A model generated the notes under the pieces. The model saw only the letters and a list, made by a program, of their open reading frames with translations. It had not been told where the DNA came from and made no database searches. DNA of 47,489 bases from Desulfuromonas sp. (GTDB taxonomy: Bacteria > Desulfobacterota > Desulfuromonadia > Desulfuromonadales > BM515): positions 1-47,489 of the forward strand of contig PKUF01000136.1 in NCBI GenBank assembly GCA_002869635.1, given 5' to 3'. Within the stretch, counting starts at the first letter, position 1. Each line of letters opens with the position of its first letter. The translations under genes and the position numbers were made by a program. Shown piece after piece: positions 9,579 to 17,182 of the stretch.

Positions 9579-10808
9579 TCAAACTTTAAAAACCCTCCAT
9601 CCCTCCCACAAAACAAAGATCTGGGCGGCAGCAAGAGCACCAAAAAATGCCCATGGTCCGAAAATATTAACCCCAGGAATACCTAATCCCAAAGACAAAA
9701 AAAGGACTTTCATTGTTAATCGATATACCTCCTTATCCTGACCACTAACAATATAATAACCCGTTATTACAGGACCAGCTATACCAAGAAAAACCAACAA
9801 GACTCCCCACCAAAGAAGGTGACCATAAATGTCAGAACCTTCGCCAAGAACAAAACCAACAACCTCACCCTTAAAAAGAGTAACGAATATTAAAAAAAGA
9901 CTTGCGCTAACAAAATATAAACCAATTACAAATTTCAGCAGACGTGAATAAGACACCTTATCACAGGAATAAAGCCGAGTGAGTCGTGGATAGGCAGCAG
10001 CATGAGTTAATTGGCAAAGCCCTGTCACCCCTCTAACGATTCTCTCTATAGCACTATAAGCTCCAGCAGCACTTGAACTGACAAAACTACCAACAATGAC
10101 AGGACCTGAAAAAGCATACAGAGAAGCAATAAATTGTGAAAAAAATACAGACCGGCCTTCACGCAAATATTTAAATATTTTACTCCAATCAATTTTCAGC
10201 TTTTCCGATTTTTGGATATAGATTGCCGCAGCAAAAGTACCAAAACCCGACAGAACTGAGCCTAAGGTCAAAGAAAAAAGAGCCAGCAAATCATCATCAG
10301 GACTTAAGACAAAACCAAAACCGACAAAAAAAGAAAATGCTATAGAAACAATCGATACAAACGTAATTACTGAGAATCTATTAACATACTGAAGATACCA
10401 ACTTGAATCAAATACAGTTCCAGCAGGCAAAAACAAATATAAGATCATTTTTTTAAGTTCTATTTTTTGAGACAAAAAATAAACCAGAAGTGCAAAAATG
10501 AGTGATACTATCGAAAAAAGCAATAACCTTGAAAAAATAACACAAAAAAACACTTCTTTTTTTTTAATTTCACTATCTACTTCTGCTAAAAACCTTGGAC
10601 CACTTAGATCAAAAGAGTATTGAACTATTATTGAAGCATAGGCTGAAAAAGACAATCCTATTGCAATTTCTCCATACAAATCTAACCCTATCGTTCTTAT
10701 AAAATGGGGGATTAGAAGTATAGGTACCAGTCCAGTTACTGCAAAATGAATAATCAACAGGGAATTGTTGATTAACAATGATTTTATCAAGCCATCACCT
10801 CTGTTCAA
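9579..10808 (-). CDS. wzx: Wzx-type oligosaccharide flippase (MOP superfamily)
   Basis: Many predicted TM helices, P..IRTIGLDLYG, AGAYSAIERI; within glycan cluster. Confidence 0.8.
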   Translation of the reverse strand: MNRGDGLIKSLLINNSLLIIHFAVTGLVPILLIPHFIRTIGLDLYGEIAIGLSFSAYASIIVQYSFDLSGPRFLAEVDSEIKKKEVFFCVIFSRLLLFSIVSLIFALLVYFLSQKIELKKMILYLFLPAGTVFDSSWYLQYVNRFSVITFVSIVSIAFSFFVGFGFVLSPDDDLLALFSLTLGSVLSGFGTFAAAIYIQKSEKLKIDWSKIFKYLREGRSVFFSQFIASLYAFSGPVIVGSFVSSSAAGAYSAIERIVRGVTGLCQLTHAAAYPRLTRLYSCDKVSYSRLLKFVIGLYFVSASLFLIFVTLFKGEVVGFVLGEGSDIYGHLLWWGVLLVFLGIAGPVITGYYIVSGQDKEVYRLTMKVLFLSLGLGIPGVNIFGPWAFFGALAAAQIFVLWEGWRVFKV

Positions 10809-10872
10809 ATCAACAAGTCTTCCCTAAAAATTATATTATCTGAATCAAGTACAGAAGCTAGAACCGTCGGAA

Positions 10873-11724
10873 TCAGGACATTCCATAGATGCTGAATCCA
10901 ACCATAAGAACCCAAATGAGTCCAATTGCAAACAGAACGGGGTCTTTCAGCAAAGCCGATGTTGGATCACCATTTTCCCCTCGCTTAACGATTAGAATAT
11001 AGCGGAAGAGACCAAAACAGCAGAGAGGGACAGTATAGAGAAGCTTTCCCTTGGTAATGACATAGAGCATATACGTCACCAAAACTGAGGCACCGGAGAT
11101 CACCATCAACGTTTCAAGAACACCTTGAGGATAATGTCCCAAAGACTGACGATGGGATCCAGCAACCTCTCCGAGGAGATTTTTTTCAGAATGACGTTTC
11201 CCAAAACTCAGGAAAAGTGAGAGTAGAAAAACAGAGAGAAAAAGCCAGTCAGATATTTCTACATCAAAAACTTGCCCCCCCCCTAAAAGCCTAAACAAAA
11301 AACCTGAAGAAATACAAAAAACATCGACTAAAGGATATTCTTTGAGTTTCAGGGAGTAGGATATAGAAACGATCAGGTAAAGCGTGAGATAAAGAAGAAA
11401 GAGGTGCGAAACGCCCCATGTGAAAGCAAAACCCGCAAAAAGGCACCCTCCCCCCAGAATAATTGCCTGGAAACGAGAAACACGCCCAGACGCAATAGGC
11501 CTTTTTTGCTTCTTCGGATGGAGCACATCGTTCTCAACATCACGGATATCATTTACAATGTACGTCGCACTAGAAACAAGACAAAACGCCAAGAAGGGTC
11601 CCCCCCCCTTTTGCCATGATCCGGCACTTAAAAGCCCCCCCCCTAAGAAAGCCGGAAAGAAGATCATTAGGTTTTTCAGCCACTGCGCCGGACGCATCAG
11701 CTGAATATATGGGTAGATGTTCAT
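10873..11724 (-). CDS. UbiA-family polyprenyl-phosphate 5-phosphoribosyltransferase (DPPR synthase-like, XapE-like)
   Basis: MRPAQWLKNL, YIVNDIRDVEND..HPKK..RPIASG, YSLKLK, FGKRHSE, GDPT..LLKD: subfamily motifs. Confidence 0.88.
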   Translation of the reverse strand: MNIYPYIQLMRPAQWLKNLMIFFPAFLGGGLLSAGSWQKGGGPFLAFCLVSSATYIVNDIRDVENDVLHPKKQKRPIASGRVSRFQAIILGGGCLFAGFAFTWGVSHLFLLYLTLYLIVSISYSLKLKEYPLVDVFCISSGFLFRLLGGGQVFDVEISDWLFLSVFLLSLFLSFGKRHSEKNLLGEVAGSHRQSLGHYPQGVLETLMVISGASVLVTYMLYVITKGKLLYTVPLCCFGLFRYILIVKRGENGDPTSALLKDPVLFAIGLIWVLMVGFSIYGMS

Positions 11725-13451
11725 TCTCTTCTCATCTTTTCAGCTAGTTTCTTAGCCGCCTGGCGATAGTAGGCATCCTGCGGTGCCCTCTCATACGCCT
11801 CAGAAAAAAACCTCGCGGCCTCCTTTTTATCTCCTGCAGAGATCAGCAATTGTCCGGTCCGATAGAGACTAATCGGGTCTTTTGTTGCCGAAAAAAGCCT
11901 CTCATAACTCTGTATCAGCTGCTCCCGCACGAATTCGACCTCTTCTGGATCTTTTGCCTCAAGGAGACGCTTTTCATCGATTCGTGCCAACATTCGCAGA
12001 ACATCCTCGCGACCAGAAATCTTTTTTCCCACAACATCAAGTAGGAGATTACGAGCAGTTACGAATTCTCCACGCTCAACCAAAACCCTCGCTTTATTGA
12101 CATACAACAATCCACTGATCCAAGTCCCGTGAGTTGCAATGCCACTATCGAGAATTTTTTCAGCCTCTCTCAATTTCCCATTTGCGATCAGAGCAATCCC
12201 TAACTCATTTTTTAGCGATGTAAAGGTGGGTGATTTTGCAAGAGTATCTTCATAAAGCGACAGATTCGACTGCCAAATGATGTTTCGTTGAACCGTAACG
12301 ACCGTTGCAGGAAGGAGTAAAAGGGCGATGGCTCCGAGCAGCCATACTCCTGCCCGACTTTTCTTCGCATTCTTTTCTGTCAACCACCCAGCAACCCCCA
12401 TTGAGAGGAAAAAACTCGGGAAATAAAGGTAGCGTTCAGCAACGGGCGTCCAAGCCACGCTCGTCAATGCGATCAGAACCGCCGGAGAGATCAGCACTAA
12501 AGAGACAACTGTAAACTGGGTAGGAAGATTCTTGCTCCTCACCCATAAAGTAACGAGCAAGAGCATCAGAGCGCCAAGAATTACATAACCGTCGTTTATT
12601 TCGACGATGGCAAAGTTAAGTGGCACCGGAACTAACAACTTTTTTACATAAAAACCAAATACCTTTAGAGAGACCCTTATAATATCAAAAGGACCGTAAT
12701 TGAATTTATCAAGAATGTAGAGTAGACCCTTGTCGCCGCTCAGACCAAACGACAAGAGCCTTTTAATTAGATAGGAAAGTCCCCCGATAATAACCGGGGA
12801 TGCAAAAACAAAAGCCGCTTGAATACGCCAAATTCGAGGATGTGTATTCTCTGAACGGCTAGGCCAGCCCCAAAAAAAATAAAGCGCCACCAAAAGATAA
12901 AAAGCACTTATCTCCTTTGATGCGACCGCCAGAAGAAAAAAAATCGACGCCAAAAAAACCAAACCACGATGATGACGGTTCCATGCATAGAGCTGCAAAT
13001 GCAAACTAAGAAGAAGCCAAAAAGAGGCGAGAAGATCTGTCCTTCCAGAAATCCAGTTCACAGACTCTGTATTGATCGGATGAAGTGCAAAGAGGGCAGA
13101 GCCCAAAAGGGGAGCATAGATGGCTACTGACGCCGGGAAGAACCGCTTGATGAGAAAAAAGACAAGAAGTGAATTGCAGGCATGAAGAAGAATATTTTCT
13201 AGATGCATAAAACTCGGCTCAAGGTTCCACATGACTTTGTCAAACCAGAAGCTAAGCATCAAGAGAGGACGATAATAAAAACTGTTATGAGGAACAAAGA
13301 GACTAAAAAAATCGATGTTTTGCATCGATTCCAACTGAAGAAGCATGCGCTGATCATCAACGGAATTGACACCCGCAAAAATTGACGGATAGTAAACTCC
13401 TAAAACAAGGAAAAGAAGGGCTAAAGCAGTATATCCCAACCTAATTCTCAT
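11721..13451 (-). CDS. TMTC-like GT-C membrane glycosyltransferase with C-terminal TPRs (probable XapA homologue)
   Basis: DD in first loop (SVDD), YYRPL, LFALHPINTESVNWISGRTDLL, SKE, AERYLYFPS, RN..W; TPR-like helices at the C-terminus; start ATG 13451 or 13466. Confidence 0.82.
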   Translation of the reverse strand: MRIRLGYTALALLFLVLGVYYPSIFAGVNSVDDQRMLLQLESMQNIDFFSLFVPHNSFYYRPLLMLSFWFDKVMWNLEPSFMHLENILLHACNSLLVFFLIKRFFPASVAIYAPLLGSALFALHPINTESVNWISGRTDLLASFWLLLSLHLQLYAWNRHHRGLVFLASIFFLLAVASKEISAFYLLVALYFFWGWPSRSENTHPRIWRIQAAFVFASPVIIGGLSYLIKRLLSFGLSGDKGLLYILDKFNYGPFDIIRVSLKVFGFYVKKLLVPVPLNFAIVEINDGYVILGALMLLLVTLWVRSKNLPTQFTVVSLVLISPAVLIALTSVAWTPVAERYLYFPSFFLSMGVAGWLTEKNAKKSRAGVWLLGAIALLLLPATVVTVQRNIIWQSNLSLYEDTLAKSPTFTSLKNELGIALIANGKLREAEKILDSGIATHGTWISGLLYVNKARVLVERGEFVTARNLLLDVVGKKISGREDVLRMLARIDEKRLLEAKDPEEVEFVREQLIQSYERLFSATKDPISLYRTGQLLISAGDKKEAARFFSEAYERAPQDAYYRQAAKKLAEKMRRE

Positions 13452-14316
13452 ACCGTGCCCTTTCAACGGTCTCGAGAAAAAAGGTCTCTAGATCGCGACG
13501 TTGCGGTTCAACCCTATCAACCTCAATGCCTTGAGAAAGCAACGTCTCCATTTCCCGAGGAAAATCTTCTCGCGCAGCGGGTAATTCGCACATGGTACCA
13601 TCTTTACGATAATAAATTCGATACCCTGAAAGGCCCTCCTGCAGCAGTTCTTCTACGGGCTCTACGCATTGCAGACGCCCTCCAACAATAATCCCAACAC
13701 GGTCACAAACCTGTTCCACATCAGCGGTTATATGTGTGCTGAAAAAAATAGTTTTACCTTTTTGCCGCAGTTCACTGATCAGATCCTTAACGAGTGCACG
13801 CCCCAAAGGGTCGAGACCACTCATCGGTTCATCAAGAATCAGCAGGTCAGGGTCCGCAAGTAGAGCCTGAGCCAACCCCAAACGCTGCACCATCCCCTTA
13901 CTGAATCCGCGAATAGGTCTCTTCATCGTCGTATCAAGTTCCAAACGACTAAGAACAGACGTAATTTTCCCCTGCAATTCTCCTTGGGGAAGAGAAAAAA
14001 CCTTACCAACAAACCGCAAATAGTCTGAAGCAGTCAAAGTGTCAGGAAAGGACGGGTTCTCAGGGAGGTACCCTAGGTTCTGCCGTGAAGATGGATGAGA
14101 CACCGGCTGGCCCCAAAGAAAAGCCTCACCCGAGGAGGCGCGAATCTGTCCCGTCAAAACCTTGATAGTCGTACTCTTTCCCGCACCATTCGGCCCAAGA
14201 AAGCCGAAGACCTCTCCCTTGGAAAGGCTAAAAGTCACCTCTTTTAGAGCCTCTACACGCTGCATTTTCTTGCCACGAAAAACCTTTTTCAAGCCAGTCG
14301 CTTCAATTGCATTCAT
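13441..14316 (-). CDS. ABC transporter ATP-binding protein (XapD/PilH-like)
   Basis: GPNGAGKST Walker A, FSKGMVQR signature, LILDEP Walker B, STH. Confidence 0.93.
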   Translation of the reverse strand: MNAIEATGLKKVFRGKKMQRVEALKEVTFSLSKGEVFGFLGPNGAGKSTTIKVLTGQIRASSGEAFLWGQPVSHPSSRQNLGYLPENPSFPDTLTASDYLRFVGKVFSLPQGELQGKITSVLSRLELDTTMKRPIRGFSKGMVQRLGLAQALLADPDLLILDEPMSGLDPLGRALVKDLISELRQKGKTIFFSTHITADVEQVCDRVGIIVGGRLQCVEPVEELLQEGLSGYRIYYRKDGTMCELPAAREDFPREMETLLSQGIEVDRVEPQRRDLETFFLETVERARYEN

Positions 14317-14361
14317 AGCTTTTCATTCCAGACCTGTCTATCTCAGTTGTTCGGGGAAATA

Positions 14362-15231
14362 TTATTGGCCGTCTTGGACAGCATCAGCACCACGAGTGAA
14401 AGAGAAATTACTAGTTGAACGAACTTTCCCATGAGAGTCCAGATAAAACTCGCCGCCATAGGGATCATCGGGCAAATGAGAAATCATTCCTTCTTCAACC
14501 AAACGGTCAATCTTTTCAGGCTGATGACCAAATTTTTCAACAAAACGCTCTAAAGAACGCTGCAAAGCCTGCGCCGCCTCAAGTGACTCACGCCGCAGAC
14601 GATAGAGACTCTTCATCCCCTGATCCTTCGTGTTCTCTTCACGCTGTTTCAAGAAGGCGATGCCCATCTGGTCATGATTAGCCTCATAAAAATAGCGGGC
14701 CGTCAAATTGGTCAGAAGGTCACTCCCTGAAATCTCAGCAGCCCTTCGCGTATAAATTGCCGCCATTTCGTAGTCTTTGAGAAAGTAGGCGGCATTAAAT
14801 CCAACAAAAAAAGGAAGAAGCATGTCCCAATCGCGATACTCCATCCCGTAAATTAGCATTTTATTAACATCTTCAGCGTGACCGACCTCCCAGGTAAAAG
14901 CAGCCTGGGCAAAGTAGTAGGCATCCTGATTATAAGGATCAAGCATCACTGCCGTCTTAAGTGTCTTGAACATCCCATAATATTCAGGTGGAATATCGAC
15001 CCGGTTCATCGATTTTTCAACCAAACTACCAAAGTAAAAAAGAACTTTGATCACCAGAGATTCTGCCAGTAACAATTTTTGGTCGCCAACTACAAGCTTT
15101 ATCGCTTCTGAAGAAGGCGTGTAGCCAAGCTTCAGTGCGACAGGACGATCAAGGAGATATCGGCTGGCAGGGACTGTGATCACCCCATAAAACACAATCA
15201 AGCAGACGAGAAGAAAAAGTCTTTTCATCAT
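14362..15231 (-). CDS. XapC/PilG-like membrane-anchored periplasmic protein
   Basis: N-terminal TM anchor, helical repeats, C-terminal pseudopilin-like segment (LPDDPYGGEFY); between ABC permease and ATPase; start ATG 15231 overlaps the permease stop. Confidence 0.7.
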   Translation of the reverse strand: MMKRLFLLVCLIVFYGVITVPASRYLLDRPVALKLGYTPSSEAIKLVVGDQKLLLAESLVIKVLFYFGSLVEKSMNRVDIPPEYYGMFKTLKTAVMLDPYNQDAYYFAQAAFTWEVGHAEDVNKMLIYGMEYRDWDMLLPFFVGFNAAYFLKDYEMAAIYTRRAAEISGSDLLTNLTARYFYEANHDQMGIAFLKQREENTKDQGMKSLYRLRRESLEAAQALQRSLERFVEKFGHQPEKIDRLVEEGMISHLPDDPYGGEFYLDSHGKVRSTSNFSFTRGADAVQDGQ

Positions 15232-16031
15232 ACAAGATCCCGTCGCGAAAGGAAAAATTCCGCCCCCCAAAGGACCAAAGAGGTGTACACAAACCCATAG
15301 ATAAAGGGATAGATAAGGGCCGGTATGTCAAGAGGCAGAGAATAAACGGCCTGAGTTTTTAAATCAAACAGTGTAAGATTGGGCAGTATCCAGTAAAAAA
15401 TTTCTGCCAGCCAGCGTACGCCTGCCGATATTTGACTGGAAAAATCGCTGTTGAGATATTCATAGACCTCTTGTGAAGCACTTCCAGCACTGTAGATTGC
15501 AAGCGTACCAAACAAGGGCAGAAATAAAGAGGTTGAAAATGTTGAAAAAAGAAAGGCGACAGCCGCTAAAAGCCAGGCTTTCAAAAGATCGCCTCCAAGC
15601 GCGGCCAGCAAATTCATCCAGATGACCGGACGGTCAGCTTCGTAAAACGTGGCACTGACGCTTACGGCAATGACCGCAAGCAGTGCATAACAGAGAGAAA
15701 AAAGAAGGAGAAAAAGCCCGACCCCGAAAAAACGACCGAGGAGATAGTGGCTACGACTGAGGGGTAAACCCAGAATAAGTGAGGTGTGCCGCCGTTCCAG
15801 ATCACGCCACAAGGTTGAGGATCCGAGGAAAATAGCTAGGAAAATCAAAAGCAACGCATGACAAGAGAGAACCAGTGTCACTGCCAGCTCCTGAACCTGG
15901 CGCATAGAGAAGAGGCTAAAAGCGGGAACCAAACAGAGGAGGACAAGAGAAACTCCCAGCAGTGTATGCAAGACGCGATCTCGACCCAGAGCATTCAGCG
16001 TCAACCTTGCCACAAAAAGAGTATGAACCAC
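15228..16031 (-). CDS. ABC-2 type permease (XapB/PilI-like)
   Basis: About 6 TMs, RDLERR...LGLPLSRSHYLLGRF, F..RDL C-terminus; GTG 16031 preceded by GAGG. Confidence 0.85.
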   Translation of the reverse strand: MVHTLFVARLTLNALGRDRVLHTLLGVSLVLLCLVPAFSLFSMRQVQELAVTLVLSCHALLLIFLAIFLGSSTLWRDLERRHTSLILGLPLSRSHYLLGRFFGVGLFLLLFSLCYALLAVIAVSVSATFYEADRPVIWMNLLAALGGDLLKAWLLAAVAFLFSTFSTSLFLPLFGTLAIYSAGSASQEVYEYLNSDFSSQISAGVRWLAEIFYWILPNLTLFDLKTQAVYSLPLDIPALIYPFIYGFVYTSLVLWGAEFFLSRRDLV

Positions 16032-16042
16032 GCACACCTCAC

Positions 16043-16081
16043 AAAAATGAAGACGGGATACATCATACAATGCATCCCGTC
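16043..16081 (-). terminator. Intrinsic terminator/attenuator after pilA-C
   Basis: GACGGGATGCAT-TGTATG-ATGTATCCCGTC stem (one G-U pair) followed by TTCATTTTT on the minus strand. Confidence 0.7.
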
Positions 16082-16120
16082 AACCAAACATTACTTACCC
16101 CGTTAAGGGATGTGGCGATC

Positions 16121-16453
16121 TTACAGGGCGTCCCAAGAGAAGCCAGCCGAAGCAGTTCCTGTCGGCGCAGCAGGAAGATCCGCACCAGTGGTGTTGGTGA
16201 AGAAGATTTTCGCATCACCGGAGGAGCTTGCAAAGGTACGGGTCCCGCTGGTGTGGAACGCGCCGATGACGTAGCCAAGACCGGCCGTCGCAGCAGCATA
16301 GCCCATCTTAACATTCTTCGACAGTTTCACATTCATGGTCTCGGAACTACCAAGGGTCACGCCAGAACCGTCATCGACGTTAAAGGTCGTCGCAGCAAGA
16401 GCAGGAGTCGCAAAAAGCGCTGCAGCAATAGTCAGAATCAAAATCTTTTTCAT
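16121..16453 (-). CDS. PilA-C, secreted partner of the short pilin
   Basis: Sec signal peptide (..PALA/A), KLSKNV and H.SGTR.FASSS motifs; immediately downstream of pilA-N. Confidence 0.8.
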   Translation of the reverse strand: MKKILILTIAAALFATPALAATTFNVDDGSGVTLGSSETMNVKLSKNVKMGYAAATAGLGYVIGAFHTSGTRTFASSSGDAKIFFTNTTGADLPAAPTGTASAGFSWDAL

Positions 16454-16482
16454 GAGTTGTCTCCTTTTCGACAGAAACCTAA

Positions 16483-16701
16483 TTAATAGGGATAGTACTG
16501 AGCGTCAGCAAAGTAGGACTCAAGAGACGTCTTGGAGTTCTTGACATCAGCCTGAGCCGAAGAGTTGTACGCCTTCTGACGATAGGAAGAGAACTGGGGG
16601 ATGGCAACGGCGGCAAGGATACCGATGATGGCCACGACGATGAGGAGCTCGATCAGGGTAAAGCCCTTCTCGCTCTTACGGAAACGGAAGTGTTTCAACA
16701 T
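16483..16701 (-). CDS. pilA: Short type IVa major pilin PilA-N (Geobacter-type 'e-pilin')
   Basis: [25 protein letters not shown]; 59-aa mature chain; strong RBS AAGGAG; sigma54 promoter; downstream of pilR. Confidence 0.96.
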   Translation of the reverse strand: MLKHFRFRKSEKGFTLIELLIVVAIIGILAAVAIPQFSSYRQKAYNSSAQADVKNSKTSLESYFADAQYYPY

Positions 16702-16775
16702 GTTTTTCTCCTTTCAAAGGTGGAAAGTACAGTCGCTTGTGCGACCACAAAGTTTATAACCTTGATGAATGACAC

Positions 16776-16791
16776 TGCATGAAAGATGCCA
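16776..16791 (-). promoter_or_regulatory. Sigma54 promoter of pilA-N/pilA-C
   Basis: TGGCATCTTTCATGCA, GG-N10-GC. Confidence 0.8.
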
Positions 16792-16872
16792 ACAAAAGAA
16801 AAAGCTTAACCGACTGAAATTCAAAGACAAAAAAAAGTCACCGCCCCCCCAAAAAAGCAACAAGCCACGATT

Positions 16873-16908
16873 TGTCACCCAGGGCTGACATTTATTGTCA
16901 CCCTGTCA
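16873..16908. promoter_or_regulatory. Putative PilR upstream activator sites (TGTCA/TGACA cluster)
   Basis: TGTCA at 16873, 16896 and 16904, TGACA at 16886; palindrome TGACA-N5-TGTCA; about 85-120 bp upstream of the -24 box. Confidence 0.6.
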
Positions 16909-17118
16909 GTATGGGTAATGGTCCTTTTCGGAAAAGTGTGCCTCTAAACTTACTTTAGCAACCCTAAGATCACTGGTCGCAGCAGCATTATATACCTTAT
17001 TCCGGTAATTCGTGAGCATCGGGATTGCAATCGCAACAAGAATCCCGATAATCGCTGTCACTAGCAACAGCTCAATAAACGTAAAACCACGTTCGTTTTT
17101 CAGCACCCTTTGCCGCAT
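16906..17118 (-). CDS. Second short type IV pilin (paralogue of PilA-N)
   Basis: MRQRVLKNERG/FTFIELLLVTAIIGILVAIAIP...HYPY; 59-aa mature chain, 32/59 identical to PilA-N by hand alignment. Confidence 0.9.
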   Translation of the reverse strand: MRQRVLKNERGFTFIELLLVTAIIGILVAIAIPMLTNYRNKVYNAAATSDLRVAKVSLEAHFSEKDHYPY

Positions 17119-17150
17119 CAGACACCCATAGAATCCTAGCATGATGATGC

Positions 17151-17179
17151 ATAGTAGCGAACAAATTGGCAGTTGGCAA
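17151..17179 (-). promoter_or_regulatory. Putative sigma70 promoter of the second pilin
   Basis: TTGCCA (17174-17179)-N17-TACTAT (17151-17156). Confidence 0.6.
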
Positions 17180-17182
17180 CTG

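Noticed and set aside
16063-16314. 83-aa alternative-frame ORF overlapping pilA-C
   Set aside because: No RBS or motif; runs through the terminator; pilA-C frame has a signal peptide and expected position
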